Shown: piece after piece, positions 1-12,716 of the stretch
Layout of the letters: every line of letters starts with the position of its first letter
Position numbering within the stretch: position 1 is the first letter of the stretch
Assembly: GCF_023055435.1 (NCBI RefSeq)
Contig: NW_025964090.1
Span: 2,542,001-2,606,000 of the forward strand
DNA length: 64,000 bases
Origin: Haliotis rufescens
Lineage: Eukaryota
Reading direction: 5' to 3'
The notes under the pieces: generated by a model
Told to the model about the DNA's origin: nothing
Database searches by the model: none
The model's input: only the letters and a program-made list of their open reading frames with translations
Position numbers and translations under genes: made by a program

Positions 1-55
1 CCCGAACCTTCCGCTCTCCGGGCGCACGCTCTACCACTAGACCACGGAGGCGGTC
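1..55 (-). mobile_element. tRNA-headed SINE family B, 5' end
   Basis: Reverse complement of gaccgcctccgtggtctagtggtagagcg..., as at 16877. Confidence 0.75.
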
Positions 56-1669
56 CGCCGTCATATAGCTTGACTACAGCTGATTGCGGCGTCAAACAAC
101 AAACACAAACCAATGATTGACAGCACAAGTAGCGAAACACACTTTTTGAGTGCGATGACACACAGGCACCGATACACACTGTTGAGTGCGATGACACACA
201 AGCACCAATACATACCGTTGAGTGCGATGGAGGCTGGGTGTTTTGAATTAAAATAAATATCATACAAATAAACTTTCCAAACATCAGCCTGCATGGTTGC
301 ATGTGAAATGAAACTTAAACGATGTGACGATGTGAGCAGAGCTTTTATATTTACCTACTGCCGAGCCATTCATAACTATTGAGCGGGACTCGGTTACATT
401 CGTTCACAAAACCGTACCTGTGTATGTGTATGACCTCGTGGAAATAGTGGAATGTTTCCTTTATTCAAAATGAAAAGCTCATGGAGTGATAAGTAGGCTG
501 CTGTGTTATTCAGAAGCATCTGTTTACACAGTTGACAGACGACTGGCTTTAACAATAGATGTGACATGTACCAGATAGCTGGGGTCNNNNNNNNNNNNNN
601 NNNNNNNNNNNNNNNNNNNNNNNNNNNNNNNNNNNNNNNNNNNNNNNNNNNNNNNNNNNNNNNNNNNNNNNNNNNNNNNNNNNNNNNNNNNNNNNNNNNN
701 NNNNNNNNNNNNNNNNNNNNNNNNNNNNNNNNNNNNNNNNNNNNNNNNNNNNNNNNNNNNNNNNNNNNNNNNNNNNNNNNNNNNNNNNNAAGTAAGTAAT
801 GACCTCTCATAACACGGTTTTGTTCAATAGCCTGGATGGATGCAGGTTACCGTAATTCCTCGATTAAACACAGTCCTTGACAAAACGTTGGGGTACGGAC
901 TATCTTGAAACAATAAACGCCAGGTTTCGATTTAATGCCACCGGGTAGTTTGTAAGCATGGAATTATCAACGCATAGTATGTCAACTACAGAAGCATTTT
1001 AAAAAACGTTTAAACTACGAAGATGGGTCTGAAGAAATAATTAAATAATATTATAAACGCCGGGGTTAAAGAATGTCTGAACTAAGTAAACGTTATGGCG
1101 TTTAATGGAGGAAATGCACCACTACCATAAAACTTCCAATATGTACTAGTGCTCCAGATACATGTTTGGGGCAATTGGGTATTCACTCACATTATCATTC
1201 ATATTGGGTATTGATAGTTCTCTTTGGGTATTCAACATATTTTTACTTCTTTGAACCAATGAGTACGGGTAGACCTTTTTAAACAATAATTCTGCTTTGG
1301 ATGCTGTTTCGGGTTACTTTTTTATGCATGATGCCTTTATTCGATCTGCAGAAAGCATCTGTAAAGAAATACGGAAATCCAGACTTAAAATGATGCAATG
1401 GCTAATTTATGCCCAATATTCGTCCACTATTGGGTTTTTCATGTATATTTGCACGCATTTAAAAAACTTAAAGGAAATTGGGAAATGGTTATATATATTG
1501 CATGCACATATCAAGTGACTGTGTACCTGGGGCATTTTTGGACTTCACAGACATTTCTATCCACTTTCACTGTGAAAGATTCCAAGTAGTCATGATAAAA
1601 CCATTCAGTTCATATGAAGGTAAGGGGGCCAGGTGTCGACTGTAACTTTGGTTTGGTGGTTTGGTTGCT

Positions 1670-2455
1670 ACACTCAATCATTCACACAACTTGCTCACTG
1701 AATTAGTCTACTTAATCAAACAATCAACTTAACCAATCATTCACTCATGCAAATCATTCACTTAGCTTACTCTGTCATTGACTGTACTTATTCAATAGTT
1801 AACAACTTACTCAGTCATTCACTCAACTTAGTCAGTCATTCACTCACCTTACTCAGTCATTCACAAAACTTACTCCGTCATTCACTCATCTTACCCCGTC
1901 ATTCACAAAACTTACTCCGTCATTCACTCACCTTACTCCGTCATTCACTCAACTTAGTCAGTCATTCACTCATCTTACACAGTCATTCACAAAACATACT
2001 CCGCATTCACTCACCTTACTCCGTCATTCACTCAACTTAGTCAGTCATTCACTCATCTTACTCAGTCATTCACAAAACATACTCCGCATTCACTCACCTT
2101 ACTCCGTCATTCACTCAACTTAATCAGTCATTCACTCATCTTACTCAAGGGGCGGTGGGGAGCCTAGTGGTTAAAAGCATCGGCTCATCATGCCCGGGTT
2201 ATATTCCCCACATGGGTACAATGTGTGGAGCCCGTGATTTTCTGGAATATTGCTAAAAACTGCGTATATTCACTTACTCAGTCACTCAACTTTACTCAAT
2301 CATTTACTCAACTTACTCAATCATTCACTCAGCATACTCAGACATGTATTCATCTTTCTCAATTATTCACTCAATCATTCATTATATCATTTACTCCACT
2401 TACTCAATCATTCAAACATCTTAGTCTTTCACTCAACTTTATAACTCATTTACTC
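1670..2455 (+). repeat. ~20-22-bp tcattcactcaacttactc minisatellite, end of intron 1 of copy 1
   Basis: Direct inspection. Confidence 0.9.
2149..2275 (+). mobile_element. tRNA-headed SINE family A (internally deleted)
   Basis: ggggcggtggggagcctagtggttaaa...catgggtacaatgtgtg...ctggaatattgctaaaa. Confidence 0.7.
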
Positions 2456-2468
2456 AAGTATATTTCAG

Positions 2469-3297
2469 GGTGTTGCTGTGAGGATTCATCCAGATCAGAT
2501 GATGAGCCACGGGGGTACGACTGATCTATGTGCCAACTCCGAGCTGCAGAGTATCGGACACATGGGAAATAAGGAAACATCCAGATGCCCAAAGACATTT
2601 CAGAATTCCTGCAACAAAAGCTTGGTATTGACCCTAAAAGGTAAGACATAGTACAAGGTTCTGTAATGAATTTCTGATTCAGAAATATTTCAACAATGTG
2701 TCTATAAAAATACAGTTAGTGTTTTGAGGCAGAATATATTGCTGTACTTTAAACGTGTTGTAAATCAAGACAACACTGTCCACTGCTTCAGGCCAGGGGA
2801 TGTGACGATAAACTTGTTTATATTCCAATAGATATCTTGATAGTCTTGTAAGGTCGCTGTGAGATATACCATACGATACATTAAAACTCAATATTTCTCA
2901 TGTCGAAATATTCTATCATGAGAGGAAATGAATATGAAGCCTTGTTGGCGAGTGAATACATTGATGTTTCTGCATCCTCAATTGTCGATCACAGCCATGG
3001 TAATCTTAAGATATGTTACCATTTTTGTGGCAGTGAATTATTCATTGAACATCGATATTTATAAAGTTGTATTGACACAACATTAAACATTTACTGATGT
3101 GTCTACATCACGACTCACGATGACACCCCGTGACCTAGGTCAGTATTAGGGTGGTCAGTTGTCACACACAGAACCTCATTTGAGCAGAATTCCGATTTCT
3201 GGTTATCTTTATTTTCAGAAATTACATCAAATTCACCAACATGAAAGCATTTGAAGTCGGGTGTAAGGGGACCACGTTTGAAATCTTGTGGAAATAA
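2469..3297 (+). pseudogene. MIF: MIF-like copy 1 (subtype A), exons 2-3 only, frameshifted
   Basis: Exon 2 2469-2640 (ag/gt; GVAVRIHPDQMMSHGGTTDLCANSELQSIGHMGNKE...) is 172 nt versus 173 in paralogs (gaaacatcc vs gaaaacattc, a 1-nt deletion). Exon 3 3219-3297 reads NYIKFTNMKAFEVGCKGTTFEILWK*. No exon 1 is found upstream in the window. Confidence 0.8.
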
Positions 3298-4009
3298 AAG
3301 AACCAGACAAAATATTTACTTCAAAACCAACCAATCAACTCATGATGATCCATAGAATCAGTGGTGAAGACGCATCAGTGGCATCTATGCCATATGGCGG
3401 CAGTGTAACAGTGCAACCCATACTAATGAGAACCTTTAAGAACCCATCACTGCAATAAGTAGTATGACATCTGATGTTGAGATGTGTCGGGTCGAGCAAT
3501 TGTGGTATTTCCCTGGAAGGTATTAACGGTTATTCTGCTGAAGTAATTAGAAGAGTGCCATGAAGTGAACCATAAGTTTGATTTGAAAGACGAATATTTT
3601 AAAGAAAACATTATTTAATTGGCCTGAATACACAATAATTGTAGAGACTGTGATCAATCAATAAACATGTGCAACTGGAATTATGGGTTCAATTTTCTAT
3701 GTGAGTGAATGTTGTTTTACGCTGCTGTCAGTATTATTCCAACTGTACAGCAGCCGGTAAATATGTCAACCAGTGATTGACCCCATGGTGATTCCGGGGT
3801 TAGAACAGGTCCCAAACAACCTATGCTGTAGGAGGTGACTAAATGGACCAATAGTCTGACTCAGTGACTTTGGTGATGGCGTGTCAACGTACCCCGACCA
3901 TGAGGGTCGCTGCTCACAATATCAATCACAAGATTTTCTGGTCCAGACTTGATTCGCTGTCATATAACTGGGCTACTGCTGAGTGTGTAGTCAAACAACA
4001 AACACACAA

Positions 4010-4270
4010 CAGTGATTGACAGCACAAGCACCGATACACACTGTTGGTACAGGATTACACACAAGCTTTGATACACACTGTTGGAGTGCGATGAGACGCA
4101 AGCATTGATACACACTGTTGGTACAGGATGACACATAAGCATTGATACACACTGTTTGGGTGTGATGACACACAAGCATTGATACACACTGTTGGGGTGT
4201 GATGACACACAAGCATTGATACACACTGTTGGGGTACGATGACACACAAGCATTGATACACACTGTTGGG
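4010..4270. repeat. 37-bp minisatellite (also at 121-226, 5200-5455, 22200-22250)
   Basis: Unit gcattgatacacactgttggggtgtgatgacacacaa. Confidence 0.9.
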
Positions 4271-4307
4271 TATAGGGGGGATCACGTTTGCAGTCTTGTT
4301 GAAGTAA
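4265..4307 (+). pseudogene. Orphan 3' half of a MIF-like exon 3 (VGYRGITFAVLLK*) followed by 3'UTR/flank homology
   Basis: gttgggtataggggggatcacgtttgcagtcttgttgaagtaaatgaat matches the exon-3 end and 3'UTR of copy 2 (12175-12260). Confidence 0.7.
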
Positions 4308-5649
4308 ATGAATAAGCTTGGCAACATATTCACTTCAAAACCTACCAATCAACGTATTAACAGTCTTTCTGCTGAATCAATTAGAAGAGTGCCATGTGAA
4401 GAAGAGCATTGACATTGAGTCACATTTTCAATTTGTTATGCAATTTTCCATAAGCCATACTTTTGTAAGTGACGGTAACGTTCAATCTCCGATATCCTGA
4501 AGTTGGGTATGAAATTTTCCAGCTTCCTTGAGAGATAGCAAGCTGTCTAGTCCTTCTCCATACATAATACTGCATGTAAATTAATGCACAGATGAAATCT
4601 GATAATTTCCCATATGCATTCATTAGTATGTAGGAACTATGTAGGAACTATGTAGGAACTATGTAGGAACTATTTGATTGGGATTTCCATCTATCCATGC
4701 TGAACTTTACAGGATGATTTCTAAAGAACTAATTCTTGAAGTGGAAGAGTGGTAACAAATAATCAGAAACAGACAAGTTTGATTTGAAAGATGAATATTT
4801 TGAAGACAAATTTATTTAATTTGACTGTATGCCCAAGGATATCAATAAAAATGTACAACTTGAATCCTGGGTTAAATTTTCTTTGTGAGTGAATGTTCTA
4901 TTACGCTGCAGTCAGTATTATTCCAGCCTGTCAATATGATCAGTGCTATATGTCAACCAGTGATTGACTCCATGGTGATTCCGGGGATACAACAGGTCCC
5001 AAACAGCCTATGCTGTAGGAGGTGACTAAATGGACCAGAGGTCAGACTCAGTGACTTAGGTGATGGCGTGTCAACGTACCCCGACCATGAGGGTCGCTGC
5101 TCACAATATCAATCACAAGATTGTCTGGTCCAGACTTGATTCGCCGTCATATAGCTGGACTGATGTTGAGTTAGGCGTTAAACAACAAACACACATCAGT
5201 GATTGACAGCACAAGCACCTACACAAACGTTTGGGTCGTGATGACACACAAGCGCTGATACACACTGTTTGGGAGTGGATGACACACAAGCACTGATACA
5301 CACTGTTGGGGAGTGAATGACACACAAGCACCGACACACACGTTTGGGTCGTGATGGCACACAAGCACTGAGACACACTGTTGGGGAGTGAATGACACAC
5401 AAGCACTGATACACACTGTTGGGCTGTGATGACACACAAGCACCGGTACACACGGTTTTAATCGTTGAATATATGTTCTGTTAATATTCTTCTAAATGTG
5501 CCAACAATCGCAGTTAGGGAGATGGTCCTGCTGGGAGTTCCATACAGGTGGCAGAAGACCCAATGGTCCCTAGTTTGGTGGCCTTCCTTTGTTTGCTTGT
5601 TTCCTCAAGTTGTATTGTCCTTTCATAATATGATTATGATTTATTTCAA

Positions 5650-5693
<44 letters not shown>

Positions 5694-6250
5694 TACAGAT
5701 TAATGTAAAAAATGCACTAAAGAGGGTTTGGGTGATCCTGGACAGTCAGGCTGGTTAGGCTCATCATCAACTCAAGGCCCTTGCCCCCTCTACACGCAGC
5801 CCAGACAGCGAATGGGACTTCTCCCAAGAAGCGCTGCCTGGTCAAACCCACACAGAACGTTTCGGAGAATGTGAAGACTCCCCAACACTGCAGCCTTCTG
5901 CATTACCCAGATTGTCAGAAGGGCTGTATTCCTGGTAGCAAACCCGGGTACTATCCCGATGTCAGTCCTAACCTAAAGCACCGAGAACAATGGGGAGTCG
6001 GACAACTTGGTACTTGGGATGCAAGCGTGACATTTCGAAAGTGGGGTCTGCATATTTGCCATGTATTTGATATATTTTTATAGTATTAATATTACTATTA
6101 TTATCAGCATTGTTATTATTTGCAGATTAAAATCTACACGCAGGCCAGACAGCGAATGGAACTTTTCCCAGGAAGCGCTGCCAGAACCAGAGAATGTGAA
6201 GACTCCACAACACTCTAGCCTTCTGCAGTATTATACGTCAAGAAAATAGT
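5650..6250 (-). mobile_element. 3'-end remnant of the same R4/Dong-like LINE with (TAA)n tail, partly duplicated
   Basis: 5695-6015 matches 33800-34130; (att)n at 5652-5692; an internal re-duplication lies at about 6085-6235. Confidence 0.8.
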
Positions 6251-7152
6251 GATGCAAAATCTAGCCTCATATAGGTATCCGAATGATTATAATGTTGAAA
6301 AGTGTTAAGAGCACAGTGAAAGATCGCTTCATTTTTAATACAAAGTACTCTTCAGAAGGTTGGGGACACTAGACCGTCATATAAAAGGCCGTCTAAATCG
6401 CTGTCTAACATTCTACTTTTCATTAGGCTTTGTATCTTAGAGCTCAGATGTTATATTTTCTGTTGAAGTTTGGAGCTTGTAAGACACAGTGCCATTTGTC
6501 ATAATGACCGATTCTGGGATTTCTTTTTCTCCAAAACGTAAATATATTGAGGATGAATACCATGTTATATCTATATGTGAACACTATGCTTCTATAACAA
6601 GATAGTACCTCTCACCTTATTGGGTTTTCTGCGTTCTGCTTAAAGTTATATGATATCATCAATAGCAATACTGNNNNNNNNNNNNNNNNNNNNNNNNNNN
6701 NNNNNNNNNNNNNNNNNNNNNNNNNNNNNNNNNNNNNNNNNNNNNNNNNNNNNNNNNNNNNNNNNNNNNNNNNNNNNNNNNNNNNNNNNNNNNNNNNNNN
6801 NNNNNNNNNNNNNNNNNNNNNNNNNNNNNNNNNNNNNNNNNNNNNNNNNNNNNNNNNNNNNNNNNNNNNNNNNNNNNNNNNNNNNNNNNNNNNNNNNNNN
6901 NNNNNNNNNNNNNNNNNNNNNNNNNNNNNNNNNTCACACCCAGACACACCCAGTTGGGCAAAAATATCGTTTTATGTATTCTAGCAACACCATAATAACT
7001 GTGTATTGGAATTCTTTCATAATCCTAATCACTCTATTGAAACACTATTTCTGATAACTTCTATTTGATAAGTAAAAGCTGATAAAAAATGTCACATAAA
7101 CAAAAAAACATCTCAAGTCTAGACATACCACGAGTGAGTGAGATAGCACTAT

Positions 7153-7830
7153 TTTATTACTTGCCCGTGAAGAGATCACCCGTTTAATAAAAATACAGCT
7201 TATTACACATTGTGTAATACCAAAACGCGTGCTTATGTACTCTCGGAACACGTTTCACGAACAAATATTGAAAGCTCTTAACATCCCTTGGCTTATTCAA
7301 CGACATTGCGTGTGGAGTTGATAGATCACTGAGAGGAGCTTTTGCACACTCGATGACCCCAGCAACCTTGTTGCGAGGCTGACGTCACATGGCATTGTTT
7401 CGCCGAGGGATCTTGCATCAAAATTCCACAAATTACGTCATCGGGTATTGTGACGTTATTGAAAACTTTAAGGTGCAAGGCCCGTTCCACAAGGCGATCG
7501 TATTGTAGCGCAACGACAGTCGTTGGTCTAAGTTAAAGTATGTGAGATGCGCAAGTCTTAGCCCTACGATAATTTTGTGAATTCTAAAGGTAGACCCGTT
7601 GTATGGTATGAAATTCATACGTTTCAACTTTTGACGTGTTTGAATAATTACTCTGTTAAACTCAATTGGACTATGTCGTGGATCATGTAGGTGTCAGCCT
7701 ATTCAAACTCCACGGCATAATTCAAAAAACGTTATATATTGCAACTCGCTTTCGCTCGTCAGATACCACAACTATTCACTCGTTTCATAAAATTGGTATT
7801 ACACGGGAGCTCGTTTAGTATTCTATATTT
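7153..7830. mobile_element. Insertion relative to the copy-5 upstream region; probable non-autonomous DNA transposon
   Basis: At 41640-41655 the flanks (gcactatt / tatccgtcataagac) are contiguous; here about 680 bp intervene, with cccgtg / cacggg terminal motifs. Confidence 0.5.
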
Positions 7831-8337
7831 ATCCGTCATAAGACATTGTGACCATGTATGGACTCTGCAAAGTCATGGAGCTTCGCCCCACGTTCAGTTA
7901 ACACAGATGAAAAGCAAAACAACAAAAAAAACCTGTTCTGACCCAGAGCCCGATCAGGCGTGTACACACACGAACATGTACTGCATGAAGATTCGCATAT
8001 GTGCCAACTCATGTTAATATTGTGTGAGCGCATTCTCGTGGATTGAAGTGTGGTGAAGCTTGAACCCGTCACAACAAAGCACATCAGAACGACAGAAGCT
8101 TGACAACGAAGCTCTCCATTTATAAAGCGAGGACAGCGTTGTGTGTCAGCAAAAAAGCTTCAGCTTCGGTCAATAGATATGCAAATTGTCGTTGTGGCAG
8201 TGGTGTAATGCTAAGTCATCACTGCCCAAGAGTGTGAACGGGCTTCAGAAGTTGACCACAACTGAGCTCTCGAGTTATCAAGCGAGGACAGCGGTGTGTG
8301 GTAGCAGAAAAGCTTGAGTGTCGGAGTCATTGTAGCC

Positions 8338-11300
8338 ATGCCTGTTTTTCTTCTGTTCACGAATCTGCCAGCAAGTGCCATCCCAAAGGGTTTTTTGTTG
8401 GAAACCTCAGCAGTTATCGCCAAAGCCATTCGGGAACCGGAAAGTGTAAGTTCAAGTTAACAAGAAGAAGAATATTTTTTTCCAAACCACATTATGTGTT
8501 GTGACTAGTAGTGGTAGTATGGTAGTATTGTATAAACAAAACCAATAGAATATTACAATGTATCATCAAACTGATGGAGGGAAACATATTTTTAGAAATT
8601 CATTTTGACATTAAAAAAGACATTTTGGCCACAAAAATACCTAATATATTCACAACCGCCTCTAGAAGGTAGAGCGTCTGCCCGGGGAGCGGAAGATCCG
8701 GGGTTCGATCACCGGCTGCATAATACCAAAAGACGATAAAAGATTGTACTTGTTGTTACCCTGTCTGGCGCTCGGCATTATGGGACTAAAACAAGGACTT
8801 GTCAGTATACTGTGTCTGAGTGGGGTATTCATGTTAAACTGCGGCATGGTATCTCAGTGAGCTAGCACTATAAATCGGCATCAGTCCGGACTAGTACAAG
8901 CAGACACACACAAACGTGCATGCACGTCGCTATATAAGTGCAATAATCTTGGACGCGACGTTAAACCCCATTTCACCTCACCTCACCTCTCTCTGTGTGT
9001 ATATGTCTGTAGATGTGTCTGTCTCTGCCTGTGCAGTGATTGCTATAAACTGATGTGACCTTTATTGTATCATTTGACAGTATTAGTATTGATGATATCA
9101 TTTAAAATTGAAGCAGAAAATAGAACAAAAAAATATATGTATCATGAAAATAATAATGATGCTTTCAATCCAGTGATTGACATCATGAGCATCAAATCCA
9201 CACAATTCCACTTACCAAAAGCACCAACATGAAGCTTCTTTTGGATGATTGTGTGTGAATGCCGTTTAATGCCGTACAGTCCAGCTGTATCATGGGCACC
9301 TGGAAACAATTAAGTTTGGACCCGGCATTTAAAGATTGATATTATGATCATAATCTGTCAGGGTATGATAACACAATCAACTACGTGACCGAGCCTGAAT
9401 ACCCGATCCACGAAATCACCTCCTACGAACCAGCATAGGCTATTTGGGATCAAAATATATTGAGGACTGACTTGCACATTGTACCATCTATTGCGTTGAG
9501 GACTGACTGCGATTGTAGTTTTGGTAGTTTGACATTGGATGTTCACACTGTAATCCCAATATGTTATGCCTTAAGGAAGTAGTCCTGAAGACATATGAAG
9601 AAAGTAAAACTGTCCTTGAAGTATAAAGAGTAAAACCTGGATGTAACAAACTGTGTAAATAGTGCTGTCATAGAAACCGTATTATTGCTGTGAAGGAAAA
9701 ATTCCCAGCTGTGGTTGCCAATAATGTAGACAGGGTGATTTGGGAAAGGGGATGCCTAGCAATATTTAGGGCGAGCGTATTTGCATTGTGCAAGAATAGT
9801 GTTGGGTGTTACCGTCAGACTTGACTATGTGATATTTACATTTCGAGGTCAGTGGAAATGTAAATATGTTTTGAAAATTTTGAGACCATATTTTGTTTTG
9901 CTGAGAAGTGTGTTAACCCTTCAAAACTGGTTGTATTTTGTCTGATGTTTAATCCTAGAACTGAATAAGAAATTACGGCGACCTATTTTAAAACTGTTGA
10001 CCCATTTTAATGATGTTAATGGACAGATAGTGTAATTATCAAGTCACAACAAGTTGTGATGCAAGGTTTTGTGTATGATGTCACGATGACATCTCCGTTG
10101 CGAGGTGTAACACTATTAGTAGTGGCCTCTGATACCAAGGCTGTGTTCAATGACCTGGGCCCACTTGCTCAAAGCGATCTTAGCGCTAAGATCATCGTAA
10201 CTCCCATACTTTAGCATGGCTTACAATAGTCTTAGCGCTAAGATCGTTTTGTGCAAGTAGGCCCTGGTTGGATGTATGTTACTGTATTTCCTCGATTAAT
10301 CGCCGGTGTACGAGGTATCTGAAAACAATAAATGCCGGATCCCCATTAAATGCTGGGCCTCGAGATTTAGAGAACCTTTAAGCTGCGGTGTCAAAGATAG
10401 GTCTGAGAAAACCATTAGTCGGAAATTGAAATTATAAACGCTGGGCCTCGACGTCTTATGGAGGAAATATGGTATTACCATATTTACTCACGTTATCATT
10501 CAAACTGGGTACTGAAAATTCCCTATGGAACATATATTAAACATATTTTACTTCCTTTGGGCCAGTCGGTTGGGTATTAAGGAACCAGTGAGTACATATA
10601 GACCTCTTTCAACAATAATTATGCTTCGGAATCAGTTTCAGGTGACTTTTGAGTGGGATCTGTTTATGTGTACATGATCCGTTTATTCCTTCAGTAGAAA
10701 AATTCTGTAAAGACACACAGGAGTACCAACTGAAATGGCTACATTGGCCATTAGTCACTATTGGTGTTTTCATGCGTATTTGTACACATTTGAAGAAGTC
10801 AAAACTGACTAGGTAATGGTGATATTGTGCGTATTTTGTGTAGCTGTGGTGTACCCTGGGGGATTCCTGGACATCACAAACTTTTCTTTACTGTGAAAGA
10901 TGACCAGTAGCCATTAAAATCATTCATATGAAATTTAAGGTAAAAAAAAAACACTGTCCCACTCCATGTAAATTGTTCATTCTAAGTTTCAAATGAATGT
11001 ATTTTTGGCAGTTAAACTCAATCATTCACTCAACTCAATCATTCACCCAACTTAATCATTCATTTTATCAAAATGATTCCGAAAACTTACTCAATCATTC
11101 TCTCAGCTGAATCATTCACTTAGCCTATTCAATCATTCACTCAATCATTAAATCAACCTCCTCAACTACTCACTTGCGCGACTTACTAAATGATTCCCTC
11201 AATCATTCACTCTACATGTTTCATCGTTAACTCATCTTACTCAATCATTTACTCAGCTTACCCAATCATTTACTCAATCATTCAAATAGCTTTCACTCAA

Positions 11301-12216
11301 CTTAATAATTCATCCACCCAAATATTTTGCTATATTTCAGTATGTGACGGTGAGGAATCATCCAGATCAGATGATGAACCACGGGGGTACGACTGATCCA
11401 TGTGCCAACTCCGAGCTGCGGAGTACCGGACACATGGGGAATGAGGAAAACATTCAGATGTCCAAAGAAATTTCAGAATTCCTGCAACAAAAGCTTGGTA
11501 TTGACCCTAAAAGGTTAGAAATTATACTTGGTTCTGTTTTGAATTGCTGAAGTATTTCAACAATCTGTCCATAAAATACAGTTGGTGTTGAGGCAGAATA
11601 AATCGCTGTACTTTATGTTTGATGTAAATCAAGGCAACACGTGGCCACTGCTTATGAGGTACCATGAAATATTCTATCATTAGAGGAAGTGAATGTGAAG
11701 CCTTGTCGTAGAGTCCATTGAATTTTCGGCAACCTCATTGTCCATCTTAGCCATGGTAATCTATAGGTATTTAAACATTTTTGTTGCAGTAATGGGCGGT
11801 TGGGTAGCCTAATTGTTAAAGTGTTCGCTCGTCACGCCGAAAACCCGGGTTTGATTCCCCACATGGGTACAATGTGTGAAGCCAAATTTCTGGTGTCCCC
11901 CACCGTGATTCTGCTGGAATATTGCTAAAAGCGGCGTAAAACCATGTTCACTCACTGACTCACTGTGAGAGTGAATTATTTATTGCGTATTGATATTCAT
12001 AAAGTTGTACTGATACAACATAGACATTAACCGATATATCTACATCACGACACATGATTACATCCCGTGACCTCGGCCAGTATTTGAGTGATCAGTTGCC
12101 ACACACAGAAACACAGTTGAGCAGAATTCTTATTCAGAAACTACATCAAATTCACCAACCTGAAGCCACTTGACGTTGGGTATGAGGGGACCACGTTTGC
12201 GGTCTTGTGGAAATAA
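8338..12216 (+). CDS. MIF: MIF-like copy 2 (subtype B), 119 aa; join(8338..8445,11341..11513,12138..12216)
   Basis: Spliced product MPVFLLFTNLPASAIPKGFLLETSAVIAKAIREPES/YVTVRNHPDQMMNHGGTTDPCANSELRSTGHMGNEENIQMSKEISEFLQQKLGIDPKR/NYIKFTNLKPLDVGYEGTTFAVLWK*. N-terminal MP, colinear with vertebrate MIF, GT-AG introns at the MIF-conserved positions. Confidence 0.88.
8655..8990 (+). mobile_element. tRNA-headed SINE family B
   Basis: A/B-box-like head (ggtagagcg...gggttcgatc) and (cacct)n tail; homologous to 16877, 42607 and 53815. Confidence 0.8.
10158..10263. mobile_element. Palindromic mini-MITE, PIF/Harbinger-like
   Basis: TIR ggcccacttgctcaaagcgatcttagcgctaaga with its reverse complement at the other end; CTG duplication; paralogous introns show the empty site (gcctggatgg). 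Confidence 0.75.
11015..11320 (+). repeat. Same intron-1 minisatellite, copy 2
   Basis: Direct inspection. Confidence 0.85.
11794..11964 (+). mobile_element. SINE family A
   Basis: tRNA-like A/B boxes and (cact)n tail; absent from intron 2 of the paralogs. Confidence 0.85.
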
Positions 12217-12716
12217 ATGAATTGGCTGGGCAAAATATTAACTAAAAAACCTACCAATAAACTAATGATGATCCATAGTATCCCTGGTGAAGACGTATTA
12301 CTTTGGCTGCATTTGGCTCTGTAAAAAAATTAATGGATGGGTACACTCAGGCATTGTATTCATGCGTTATTTCTACATTTATTTTAGCGGATGAAAATAA
12401 CGGTTTAGGTTCAAAACGTTAGGGCAGCGAAATTATGGATACAACTGCAGGGAGTCTATATATCTTTGTATAGTCTTCTTGAGACGTCGGTGTGCACCCA
12501 GGGCAAATTTTGATTGTAAACCGATCACAAGTGACTCTATCACTATCGACGATTCGATCCATGCATTGACTGACAGCAACAGTCATCAATATTCTACAGC
12601 AATCTTTAAATTTACTTCAGTGTCCTTTTGACACATCCTTATAATCCCTTCTGAATTATCGTGACGATTATCAAGGATGACTGACGCCTAATCGGGACCG
12701 ATTCATTGACAACCTC

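Noticed and set aside
394-810. ORFs spanning N runs (also 6612-7054, 14930-15265, 25695-26159)
   Set aside because: Artefacts of assembly gaps.
8196-8228. Iron-responsive element (CAGTG) in the promoter hairpin
   Set aside because: CAGTG lies in the stem rather than an apical loop, and upstream of the likely TSS.
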